NCBI GenBank assembly: GCA_965373035.1
Contig: CBDVEP010000002.1
Span: 1-59,362 of the forward strand
Length of the DNA: 59,362 nucleotides
Source of the DNA: an uncultured bacterium
GTDB taxonomy: Bacteria; Spirochaetota; JAHITG01
Direction of reading: 5' to 3'
Position numbers and translations under genes: made by a program. The notes under the pieces were generated by a model. The model was not told the DNA's origin and searched no databases. It worked only from the letters and a program-made list of their open reading frames with translations. The first letter of the stretch is position 1. Every line of letters begins with the position of its first letter. This document shows positions 9,796 through 18,386 of the stretch, piece after piece.

Positions 9796-12700
9796 TCATT
9801 CTAATGTAATACCAATTATATGCTTATGATTGTCATCTGGTAAAATAATATTAGTCAATGTTTTACTTTTATCACATTTTAAAACAGTATGATAAAAAGC
9901 TATATCAGGTTCTCCTTCCCCGCCAGTATGTTCATGATGCTGACTGCAATACCATGCAATTTCATTATTAAATCCAGGTATAGCATTATTCCATTCACTT
10001 AATAATAATATCTCTTTATCTATACTGCCATCCTTATATTCTAATATACACTCATTTTTTTGATTACCCCAATAACTATAGCCAAATACATGAATTTTTC
10101 CATATTTCCCTTTAACTCCTTTTAAATTCTGCCTTTTACATACTAAAACATTATTCATTTTATCTTCTTTATTTCCTAAATAAAACTGAACACCTGAATC
10201 ATCAGCACTATATTCAAAATTCTTGCCTTTGGGTAATTCTTCACCAGGAAAAGACCATTCAAAAGCATCTTTTTTATTTGTATTATAAGAAATCCTGTCT
10301 AAATTAAAAGGAAGCTTAACAAAAATTTGTTTCTTTCTTTTTATTTTAAATTTCAACTTCTTATTAACAACATTCCCTGCTTTATCAATTAAAAAAATCT
10401 CTACATTATGTGAAGAACTGTTTTTAAAAGAGCTTACATCAATTAATTTTCTATACACATTTTTCTTTTTATTTAAAAGCGGCAATTGTATCTTTTTCCC
10501 ATTATCTAATCTATAAAATACCTGTAACCCTTCTCTATCATCTTTAGCAATTATTCTTAAATCATAAGTATTTACAGCAAATTTAGAAGGATTCATAATT
10601 TTTACTTCCGGCGGATCATCATAATTATCAAAATAAACTTTTACCTGTGCTGCTGCAACTTTTCCTTTATCATTTTCTGCTCTTACTGTAATAACTTTTT
10701 CTCCATCATTATATTTTAAAGTATCAATGTTTACAGTATTATTTTTTATTAATTTATAAGATTCATTATTCATTTTATAAGCTTTTGCTTTAACTTTAAA
10801 TTCAGGGTCAATTTCTAATTTTAATACTAATTCCCCTTTTACAATATCATTTTGAAGAGGAAATTTAATTACTAAGCTTTCAGCAGAAATTTCACCATAA
10901 CTTCTCTGAAGTTCAAAATAAACTGGTTTAAATAATTTCCTGTCATCTGTTACCAGTCCCATTGTCTGGTATGGTACATTCTGCATGGTAAACCAATCAA
11001 AAGCACACCACCAGATGACACCCCAGCCATATTTACTTTCTTTAAAAGCTTTAATAGTTTCACTTGCTACTTCTTTCTGTCTTTCTATATTACCCCATTC
11101 TGTTTCAGACCAGATGCCTATTTCTGTTGCAATAATTGGTTTTTCAGGTATAAAATTATTATATTTTGCTAAATCTTTTTTTGTGTCATAATAACAGGAA
11201 TTATTATAAAACACTCCGCTATAAGAAGTAATTCCTATAAAATCACAATTATGATGTGTTTTATCCCTGGTATCAATGCCAAAAGCAGACTGTCCTACCA
11301 GCCTGCTTCCATCTATTTCATAAGCAATCTTATATACATCAGCAATATATTCTCCTCTTTGTTTTTGATCTCCGCCTTCATTACAGGCAGACCAGAAAAG
11401 TATGGATGGTCTGTTATAATCTCTATATATCATCTCCAGCCACATGCCTCTTGCTATACCTCTCCCCTTTCTTTGCAAATCAAACTCAGCTCCATCAAAC
11501 CACATAACCGGTATCTCTTCCATAACACAAAGACCCATTCTATCCGCTAAAATATAAGTCATAGTATGATTTGGATAATGAGCAGTTCTGATAAAATTTG
11601 CATTAGCATCTTTTATAATTTTTAAATCATTATATACTTTTTTTATATCTTTAAAACTTAGTGCCCTTCCGGTTTTCAGGTAATCCTCATGCCTGGCAAT
11701 TCCTTTTAAAAAGATTTCCTTGTTATTTAATTTTATACTTGTATTTTTTTTATCTATTTTTATATCTCTTATACCAAACTGGGTATAGTAATTCTCTAAA
11801 ACTTTATTATTATATTGTAAAATCACATTCATTACATATAAATTTGGTTTTTTAGAACTCCATATTTTTATATCTGATAAAACAGAATTAATAAATAGTA
11901 TATCTACAGATTTAGAATTTAAATTTATAACAGCTTTAGAATGAGCAGTAATAGCTATTTCTTTTTTATAATTAATAATACTTTTTGCATCAGGATTTAA
12001 TATATTTTTTTCTGTTATTTCTGCTTCATATACTTTTATCCTTACTTTTACTTTTTTCTCTTTCTTGTCTGTATTATTTAACACAATACCTACTTTTAAC
12101 TGAGTACCATTTTTTTTAATCACTTCTGTCTTTATGTTTACTCTTACAATGTGTGTTTTTTCAGATACTTTTATATATACATCCCTGTTTATTCCGCCAT
12201 AATTCCACCAATCCATGGTCTTATATGGAACAATGTCATGTTCATTTGTGATTTCATCTTGTTTGTTATCTATTAACCATGGGATATTATCTACCCTGAC
12301 ACTAATAGTGTTCTTTTTACCAAATTTAACATATTTTGTTATATCAAAAGCAAATGGAGTATATCCCCCTTCATGAAATCCTGCATACTTTCCATTTATC
12401 CAGACATCTGTTGTATAATTTGCACCATGGAAAAATATCCTTAGATTCTTGTTTTTATATTTTTTAGGGATAACAGCTTCTTTTCTATACCACATACCAT
12501 CCTGATATCTATCTGGAAAAGGGTTATTTACATGAGGTATGGTCTCTTTTTTCCATTTCTTATCATTATAAGAAGTCTTATATCTTCCCCTGCTCTCTTT
12601 TTCCAATGCTTTTATAACAACTTTGTCCCTTTTCTTTAAACTTAATTTATGATTAAGTTTTATACGCTGGGTTTTCCATTTTCCATTTAATGTAATGACA

Positions 12701-12873
12701 TCTTTATCATCATATTCAAACTGGGCATAAGGAATATCCCCCTGGAAAGGAACATATTCATTATTTATTTTCTTTAATTTAAAAGTTGATTCCGCCCCAA
12801 TAGAAAATATATTATTTGTCAGTATAAATATTATAGCAAATATTAAAATAACCTTATTTAATAATTTATACAT
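9796..12873 (-). CDS. Glycoside hydrolase family 2 with signal peptide and a ~350-aa C-terminal extension (Ig-like plus a beta-sandwich of unknown family)
   Basis: Motifs are DVWINGKYAGFHEGGYTPFAFDIT, FIRTAHYPNH, the acid/base region FWSACNEGG and the nucleophile region IIATEIG. The N-terminus MYKLLNKVILIFAIIFILTNNIFS is signal-like. Confidence 0.85.
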   Translation of the reverse strand: MYKLLNKVILIFAIIFILTNNIFSIGAESTFKLKKINNEYVPFQGDIPYAQFEYDDKDVITLNGKWKTQRIKLNHKLSLKKRDKVVIKALEKESRGRYKTSYNDKKWKKETIPHVNNPFPDRYQDGMWYRKEAVIPKKYKNKNLRIFFHGANYTTDVWINGKYAGFHEGGYTPFAFDITKYVKFGKKNTISVRVDNIPWLIDNKQDEITNEHDIVPYKTMDWWNYGGINRDVYIKVSEKTHIVRVNIKTEVIKKNGTQLKVGIVLNNTDKKEKKVKVRIKVYEAEITEKNILNPDAKSIINYKKEIAITAHSKAVINLNSKSVDILFINSVLSDIKIWSSKKPNLYVMNVILQYNNKVLENYYTQFGIRDIKIDKKNTSIKLNNKEIFLKGIARHEDYLKTGRALSFKDIKKVYNDLKIIKDANANFIRTAHYPNHTMTYILADRMGLCVMEEIPVMWFDGAEFDLQRKGRGIARGMWLEMIYRDYNRPSILFWSACNEGGDQKQRGEYIADVYKIAYEIDGSRLVGQSAFGIDTRDKTHHNCDFIGITSYSGVFYNNSCYYDTKKDLAKYNNFIPEKPIIATEIGIWSETEWGNIERQKEVASETIKAFKESKYGWGVIWWCAFDWFTMQNVPYQTMGLVTDDRKLFKPVYFELQRSYGEISAESLVIKFPLQNDIVKGELVLKLEIDPEFKVKAKAYKMNNESYKLIKNNTVNIDTLKYNDGEKVITVRAENDKGKVAAAQVKVYFDNYDDPPEVKIMNPSKFAVNTYDLRIIAKDDREGLQVFYRLDNGKKIQLPLLNKKKNVYRKLIDVSSFKNSSSHNVEIFLIDKAGNVVNKKLKFKIKRKKQIFVKLPFNLDRISYNTNKKDAFEWSFPGEELPKGKNFEYSADDSGVQFYLGNKEDKMNNVLVCKRQNLKGVKGKYGKIHVFGYSYWGNQKNECILEYKDGSIDKEILLLSEWNNAIPGFNNEIAWYCSQHHEHTGGEGEPDIAFYHTVLKCDKSKTLTNIILPDDNHKHIIGITLE

Positions 12874-12888
12874 TTCAAATCTCCTTAA

Positions 12889-12959
12889 TTTAGTTTATAG
12901 TTTATAGTTTGTAGTTCTTAGTTAATTTTTAAACTATAAACTACGAACTATAAACTAAA
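12889..12959. repeat. R1 'TAGTTTATAG' imperfect inverted repeat
   Basis: tttagtttatagtttatagtttgtagttcttagtt / aaactataaactacgaactataaactaaa. The right arm supplies the last codons and the TAG stop (12948-12950) of the PorV-like gene. Confidence 0.75.
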
Positions 12960-13805
12960 GGGTACCTCTATCCTATAAGATAAAGAAACAAAATGCGTTG
13001 ATAATAAATCATTAACAGATGATTGATAAGCATAACCAAATTCAAGTGTCTTTAATATTATGCAGGCACCAAATGAAAACTGCATCTCTTCATTAACTCC
13101 GCCTCTTAATTTTAAATAATCACCTATGCTCCATTCTGCCCCTACTCTACCAAACAATTCTTCATCTGTTATTTCGCCTTCTGAAATAAAAACTAAATTT
13201 TTATGTAATCCAAAAGAAAATCCAATTTTATAAGATCTTTCTATTGCCTCAACTTCCATTCCTGAAAATTTATCAAATACAGTATTTTGACATACTAATC
13301 CTATTTTAATGTTTTTTTTAATAAAATATAAAATCCCAATATCCATACTTCCTTTTTTTTCTTTTAACAATACAATATCTGAATCACTATAAAGCCATTG
13401 ATATTTAAAATTTAATCCAAAATAAAAATCCTTAATATGATTACCATAAGCTACAGCCATCCAATCTTCTCTATCTTCAAACCCTATCTCCCTTGAATTA
13501 TTTAATCCTCTCCAAAGAACACCCATACTACCCCAGTTTTTTGGTAAGGGACATATCACAGATAATAAAGTATGAAAAACAAACATTTCATGCCATTGAT
13601 AGCTGGAAACATAAAGATGAATATCTTTTATCGCTCCCAGTCCAGCAGGATTAATAAGCATGGCTTCAGAATCATCTGATAATGCAATATAGGCATTCAT
13701 TAAAGCAGCAGACCGTGTTCCAACTGGAAATCCATTATGAAAAGCCATTAAATGATTAGCTAAAACAAGCAAACTAATAATTATCAAAAACACATTTTTT
13801 ATCAT
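12948..13805 (-). CDS. PorV/PorQ-like outer-membrane beta-barrel, copy 2
   Basis: Signal peptide followed by GFPVGTRSAALMNAYIALSDDSEAMLINPAGLG, the same N-terminal signature as copy 1. Lies immediately downstream of the second T9SS cargo gene. Confidence 0.6.
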   Translation of the reverse strand: MIKNVFLIIISLLVLANHLMAFHNGFPVGTRSAALMNAYIALSDDSEAMLINPAGLGAIKDIHLYVSSYQWHEMFVFHTLLSVICPLPKNWGSMGVLWRGLNNSREIGFEDREDWMAVAYGNHIKDFYFGLNFKYQWLYSDSDIVLLKEKKGSMDIGILYFIKKNIKIGLVCQNTVFDKFSGMEVEAIERSYKIGFSFGLHKNLVFISEGEITDEELFGRVGAEWSIGDYLKLRGGVNEEMQFSFGACIILKTLEFGYAYQSSVNDLLSTHFVSLSYRIEVPFSL

Positions 13806-13825
13806 GATTCTACCTTATTAATATT

Positions 13826-13977
13826 TTAGCCACGAATTAACACGAATTCACACTAATTTTAATTATTTTATATTTAATTCATATTTATTCGTGTTTATTC
13901 GTGGCTAATTCTTTCTTCTTTTCTCCTTCCTTTATATATAAATTTTTTTCGTGATTATTCGTGTAAATTCGTGGCTG
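13826..13977. repeat. R2 'GCCACGAAT' element (83-bp hairpin at 13826-13908) plus a solo arm (13948-13977), each followed by a polypurine (minus-strand) module
   Basis: The segment 13826-13908 is ~90% identical to the reverse complement of 15329-15411. On the minus strand the flanks read TATAAAGGAAGGAGAAAAGAAGAAAGAAT and TATGAAGGAGAAAAGAACAAAGAAT. Confidence 0.8.
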
Positions 13978-14020
13978 ATTCTTTGTTCTTTTCTCCTTCA
14001 TATACGGTTGAATAATCATC

Positions 14021-15271
14021 TTAATAAATCCTTATCATTTTATTAACTACTTTCTTCCCATATTCACTTTCAAAAATACCCTGGATAAAATAAAGACCTT
14101 TTTTTATTTTATTGCTGCTCTCTTTAGCCATATTATATTCAATTTCATGAAAGGTTAAAACTTTTTCTTCTCCATACAGTTTTTTATTAAAAATTACATC
14201 TATCTTTTTTCCATTAAAATCTAAAATTTTTAAAGTTACATAACTCTTAATCTTAAGTGAAAAAGAAATCATTAAATTATATTTATTAAAACAATAAGGA
14301 TTAGGTGATAGCTGAAAATTAATACTCTCACCTTTTTCAGTTGATGCATTAAAACTTATTTTCTGATAATTTCCTAAATCATCTTCCTGCAATTTCTGGC
14401 TGGCTCCTATTAAATCATAAACATCAGGGTCAGGACCAAGCTCATCTTTTCTGGGTAAATCACCACCACCACCATGCCATGGGTCTTTTTCATGAGGTGG
14501 ATAAATCTCTCTCATAATATCTCTTCCTTCATATCCTTCATGATGACCTGCTCCTACAATAAAATGCCAAACTGCATTTGTAGGATTGCCTATAAGAGTC
14601 TGGGGAATGGCTATTTCATATTGGTTCCATTCTGGTGACTGAAATAAAATATTATTCAAAGCCCCGGCAAAGCCCTTACTTCCTATTTGTTCTCCATCTG
14701 CATTCCACAGCCGGCATTCACAAGTTTTATATGCATAAATCAAATAATCAAAAAGAATACGGTCACAACCAAGCTCTACTGAAGGACCAAGGTCAGGATT
14801 ATTTCCATCTCCTTCAATAAAAGTTTTCATCCCTTTATCAGGTGTTCCTGTATCTATAGCAATAATCATAGAAGGTGCCCAATCTATACCAATTATTCCA
14901 TAAGTTTCTATATATAAATAAATGTATTCATTACTATAGGTTACACGGAACTCTTTTATATCAGCACTCTGTGGAGTAAAAATCTCATTTGTTAATGGAT
15001 AAATATAATCGCCATCTCCTGTATCATCATAAGGAGCATCATACCAGATATATTCATTGGAAGAATAAACTTCTGAATTATATGCTGTTGGTAATTTCCC
15101 TTTCCAATCAGAATTAGAAGCATCAACAGTAATAGAATGGCCCTGAATTTTAGAAAAATCCACTGTTACAATAGAATGATTAATAGTTGCATGATCTACT
15201 GCTGAATTAAGTTCATTTATTGATAAAAAAAAACATAGTAATAAAATTATATATAATTTTTTCATATTCAA
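14021..15271 (-). CDS. Secreted T9SS cargo protein with a glucodextranase-C-like (DDTGDGDY.YP) glycan-binding domain and a Por-type C-terminal sorting domain
   Basis: Signal peptide MKKLYIILLLCFFLSINELNS. DASNSDWKG...YIWYDAPYDDTGDGDYIYPLTNEIFTPQSADIKEFRV resembles the Glucodextran_C-type module. The C-terminus LSPNPYCFNK...VTLKILDFNGKKI...KKGLYFIQGIF...KMIRIY is CTD-like. Confidence 0.6.
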   Translation of the reverse strand: MNMKKLYIILLLCFFLSINELNSAVDHATINHSIVTVDFSKIQGHSITVDASNSDWKGKLPTAYNSEVYSSNEYIWYDAPYDDTGDGDYIYPLTNEIFTPQSADIKEFRVTYSNEYIYLYIETYGIIGIDWAPSMIIAIDTGTPDKGMKTFIEGDGNNPDLGPSVELGCDRILFDYLIYAYKTCECRLWNADGEQIGSKGFAGALNNILFQSPEWNQYEIAIPQTLIGNPTNAVWHFIVGAGHHEGYEGRDIMREIYPPHEKDPWHGGGGDLPRKDELGPDPDVYDLIGASQKLQEDDLGNYQKISFNASTEKGESINFQLSPNPYCFNKYNLMISFSLKIKSYVTLKILDFNGKKIDVIFNKKLYGEEKVLTFHEIEYNMAKESSNKIKKGLYFIQGIFESEYGKKVVNKMIRIY

Positions 15272-15280
15272 CCCTTAATT

Positions 15281-15411
15281 TTAGCCACGAATTCTTTCTT
15301 CTCTTATCCTTCCTTTATATAAATTTATTTAGCCACGAATTCACACGAATAAATACGAATTAAATATAAAATAATTAAAATTAGTGTTCATTCGTGTTTA
15401 TTCGTGGCTAA
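15281..15411. repeat. R2 'GCCACGAAT' solo arm (15281-15293), a polypurine module, and the 83-bp hairpin element (15329-15411)
   Basis: ttagccacgaattcacacgaataaatacgaattaaatataaaataattaaaattagtgttcattcgtgtttattcgtggctaa is the 13826-13908 element in the opposite orientation. Confidence 0.8.
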
Positions 15412-15418
15412 TTCTTTC

Positions 15419-16861
15419 TTAAAATTGAAATATTAACTTTCCTAAAAACTCATTATTATGTGTAATCCAGTACCTGTGTTCTATAAATGAAAATTCCATT
15501 GAAAAATATTTTGAAATAACTGCACCAAGGCAAAGCAGCCATCCATTTAACTTTGTTTGCCCGCCTTTAAATTCAGTATGATCAAACTTAATTGTTCTAT
15601 AAATTAAGCTGAATTTAAAAATATCCATTATTTGTTGACCGCAAATGCCTCCTCTATATTCATTTCTTGTGTCATCAATTTTATTATTATAAATAATTCC
15701 TTCCTCAAGCTGAAGTTTTTCAACATAAACATCAATTTTTGAAGAAAATGATTTATTAAATTTAATAACAAATCCTTTTTCTCCTGAAAAAATATCATTT
15801 AATTCATCTTCTCCCCTTCCCTCATCAAATAAACCATTATTCATATGAAGGGGATTATAATCAATATCTATATCTCTGTATATTACACTTAATTTAAACT
15901 GTGCACCTGCTTGTGCTTCTTCATCCGGAGACTGAAAACACACTGCAATCTCCCTTGCTTTTGGCTTTTGCCTCTCGGAAAAATCTAAAATCATACCATT
16001 CTGTCCTTTGCCATATAAATTCCATGCACCTTTATAAATATGAATATTTTTACTCATAATCGAATAAAGTAAATCAATCTTAAACCAGTGAATAGGTTTA
16101 AGCTCTAAACTTGATAAATAAATATCATTATTATAATTCAAATACCCTTCTCCCCATTTGTCAACCTGGTAATTTTCATGTACATATATTTCTTTAAAAT
16201 AAATCCCATCAAAAGGAGAAAGATATAAACATCCCCCGCCCCAGATAGCTGGATGCTCCTGCCATACTCCATCGAAATTCTGCTCAGCAATTGCACCAAG
16301 ATTTAATTGAACATTTTCAGGAAGCTGTGGGGTTAAAATTTTATTTGTAATATTATCATTAAAACATAATTTTGTATCATCTTCTGCATGCATGGCAATA
16401 AAAGCATCTATTTGCACATATTCTGATTCCTTTATATGAAAAAATAATCCCTGCAGGAAATTATCCTGCCAGGTTTCAGAATGAAAAACATAAGGAGAAT
16501 AATTAATCTTTTTATGCCCTATTCCCATGCTTAAACCCTTTAAAGGAGAATATTCTATTTCCATTGCCCAGATTAAAGTACTTGTATTATAATCTTCATT
16601 TAGTTTTTTATAAGATGACCCTAAGGCTGCTTTTAAATCTATGTAACGAGCTACTGTACCATTGAGAAACATCCTGAATTCACCATAAAGTTCCAAAGGT
16701 TCATTTTTAAAATATCTGACATCCTGTTCAAACTTCGCTTTCTCAAAAGTTACACCATAACTCTTCTGTACTATTAATAAAAACAAACAAGTTACAAAAA
16801 TTAAAGAAAACAACTGTAATTTTCTATGACTTTCTATCTTCATAATTGTTAAAAACCCCAT
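15419..16861 (-). CDS. Predicted outer-membrane beta-barrel of unknown family (480 aa); paralog of the upstream gene
   Basis: Signal/anchor LQLFSLIFVTCLFLLIVQKSYG, aromatic-rich alternating strands and a C-terminal ...LIFQF. The shared block INYSPYVFHSETWQDNFLQGLFFH matches LNYSPYLLKNYPWEGDIFRGLEFS in the neighbour. Confidence 0.55.
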   Translation of the reverse strand: MGFLTIMKIESHRKLQLFSLIFVTCLFLLIVQKSYGVTFEKAKFEQDVRYFKNEPLELYGEFRMFLNGTVARYIDLKAALGSSYKKLNEDYNTSTLIWAMEIEYSPLKGLSMGIGHKKINYSPYVFHSETWQDNFLQGLFFHIKESEYVQIDAFIAMHAEDDTKLCFNDNITNKILTPQLPENVQLNLGAIAEQNFDGVWQEHPAIWGGGCLYLSPFDGIYFKEIYVHENYQVDKWGEGYLNYNNDIYLSSLELKPIHWFKIDLLYSIMSKNIHIYKGAWNLYGKGQNGMILDFSERQKPKAREIAVCFQSPDEEAQAGAQFKLSVIYRDIDIDYNPLHMNNGLFDEGRGEDELNDIFSGEKGFVIKFNKSFSSKIDVYVEKLQLEEGIIYNNKIDDTRNEYRGGICGQQIMDIFKFSLIYRTIKFDHTEFKGGQTKLNGWLLCLGAVISKYFSMEFSFIEHRYWITHNNEFLGKLIFQF

Positions 16862-18324
16862 ATAAGAAGTTTAACTGCAAACTGATCAAAATCCTTGTAA
16901 TAATCTAAATTATTGGCATATTCTATTTCAAGGCTAATATGTTCAAATAGTTCACTTTTTGCTGCAATATAAAAAGCATTTATTTTTTTTACACCGCCAG
17001 AAAATGTCCCTTTTTTTGCTTTTTGAAATTGATAAATAATTTTTATCTGAAATTGCTTTAAATAAGTTTCTTCTAATCTTACTTGATGTTCTACTACTGT
17101 TCCATTTTTAAGAAAAGGTACAATTTCATTAAATTTAAATTTATGCTCTTTATATCCATATCCTATACTTGTTTTTTTTAAAAAATATTGTCTGACTATA
17201 CCAAAATACCCTTCCCGTCCACTGTAAGAATTATCTTCCGAATTAAAACTTCTTCTTATCTGATATTTGTTATCCAGGTAAACAGGAGCATATTTTTCAT
17301 CCAGTTTATTATAATTAAGTTCAATAACTGTCTGAAAAATTCCAACATATTCCCCTGCTATACTGGGGATTTTAATTCCTGCATTCCAGACAACTGGCTG
17401 TGAATGTGAATCTGATTTTTTAGTAAATAAATGTTTATCAATGTCAAAAAAATTTGTCTGAATAGTATAGTTTTTAATCTTAGAAAAAGAAACACCATAG
17501 ATACCGTTACATTTAAGATATTGAAAAAAATCCAGATTTAATTCTCCTAATACATATCTATTCTGAAAAACCTGACTGTATAAATCCTTCAGTGAAGTAT
17601 ATTGTAACTCCTCATTTAAAAACATAGCTGAACTGTTAAAAGAAAAAATATCATTTTCAGGCATTTTATAATCTATTTTTCCTCCATACCACCATGTTGG
17701 TCTTATTTTTTGTTCTATAGCACTGGTATAACCCATATCAATAGTAGAATAATCCCTGTCTATATTAACATCAATAGTAGGAACAGCATCAAAAAGACCT
17801 GATTCCTCTGGATTTACACCATTATTTGCTATAAAAGTTTGAAGAGAAAAACCGGAATACTCGAAAGAAAATTCCAATCCTCTAAAAATATCTCCTTCCC
17901 ATGGATAATTTTTTAATAAATAAGGTGAATAATTTAAATAAAGGCTTCCTAATTTTATATTTATATTAGCTTTACTTTTATACGCTGCCCCAAGGGAATT
18001 AATAAAAAACTGCCTGTCATCCCGCTTCCAGTGAAATTGAGAATATTCTGATTTAAATAAAGTATAAATAAACAGCTTTTCACTTAAGTTAACTCTCATT
18101 TTTAATTCAAGCTGCTGAAAAATTTCATTGGCTTTATTTGGAAAATTAGTATTGCAGCTAAACCGTGTTTTTGCCATTGTAAAAACCACAGCTTCATAAA
18201 ATTCAATCACACTGTCTTCAGAATAAACTGAATTTGAAAAAATAAAAATAAACCCAATGCATACAATAAAAATGTGTATTAATAAAACTTTTATATAATT
18301 TCTATTATTTTTATAAGATGCCAT
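16849..18324 (-). CDS. Predicted outer-membrane beta-barrel of unknown family (491 aa); paralog of the downstream gene, with a 13-nt overlap
   Basis: N-terminal anchor LLIHIFIVCIGFIFIFSNSVYS and a C-terminal ...LLIWGF. Homologous blocks are shared with 15419-16861. Confidence 0.55.
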   Translation of the reverse strand: MASYKNNRNYIKVLLIHIFIVCIGFIFIFSNSVYSEDSVIEFYEAVVFTMAKTRFSCNTNFPNKANEIFQQLELKMRVNLSEKLFIYTLFKSEYSQFHWKRDDRQFFINSLGAAYKSKANINIKLGSLYLNYSPYLLKNYPWEGDIFRGLEFSFEYSGFSLQTFIANNGVNPEESGLFDAVPTIDVNIDRDYSTIDMGYTSAIEQKIRPTWWYGGKIDYKMPENDIFSFNSSAMFLNEELQYTSLKDLYSQVFQNRYVLGELNLDFFQYLKCNGIYGVSFSKIKNYTIQTNFFDIDKHLFTKKSDSHSQPVVWNAGIKIPSIAGEYVGIFQTVIELNYNKLDEKYAPVYLDNKYQIRRSFNSEDNSYSGREGYFGIVRQYFLKKTSIGYGYKEHKFKFNEIVPFLKNGTVVEHQVRLEETYLKQFQIKIIYQFQKAKKGTFSGGVKKINAFYIAAKSELFEHISLEIEYANNLDYYKDFDQFAVKLLIWGF

Positions 18325-18349
18325 ATATTATACCTCCACTGGTTTATGA

Positions 18350-18376
18350 CAGGGACAGGTTTAAAACCTGTCCCTG
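18350..18376. promoter_or_regulatory. GC-rich 11-bp perfect hairpin between GH35 and the barrel pair
   Basis: cagggacaggt-ttaaa-acctgtccctg. No U-tract follows on the minus strand, so it is not a canonical intrinsic terminator. The GGAGG SD and ATG of the next gene follow ~20 nt later. Confidence 0.5.
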
Positions 18377-18386
18377 CTGTATCATT

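Noticed and set aside
3203-11855. Numerous plus-strand ORFs of 60-130 aa inside the minus-strand glycan genes (3203-3544, 7091-7420, 8450-8680, 8801-9190, 9408-9596, 10985-11191, 11251-11550, 11256-11507, 11661-11855).
   Set aside because: All are fully embedded antisense to long ORFs with clear family motifs. Their translations are low-complexity L/F/S/I-rich with no motifs. Such shadow ORFs are expected in AT-rich DNA.
18350-18376. Calling the GC-rich hairpins at 18350-18376, 23859-23895 and 33808-33846 canonical rho-independent terminators.
   Set aside because: None is followed by a U-run on the transcribed strand. They are reported as hairpins or possible regulatory sites with reduced confidence instead.
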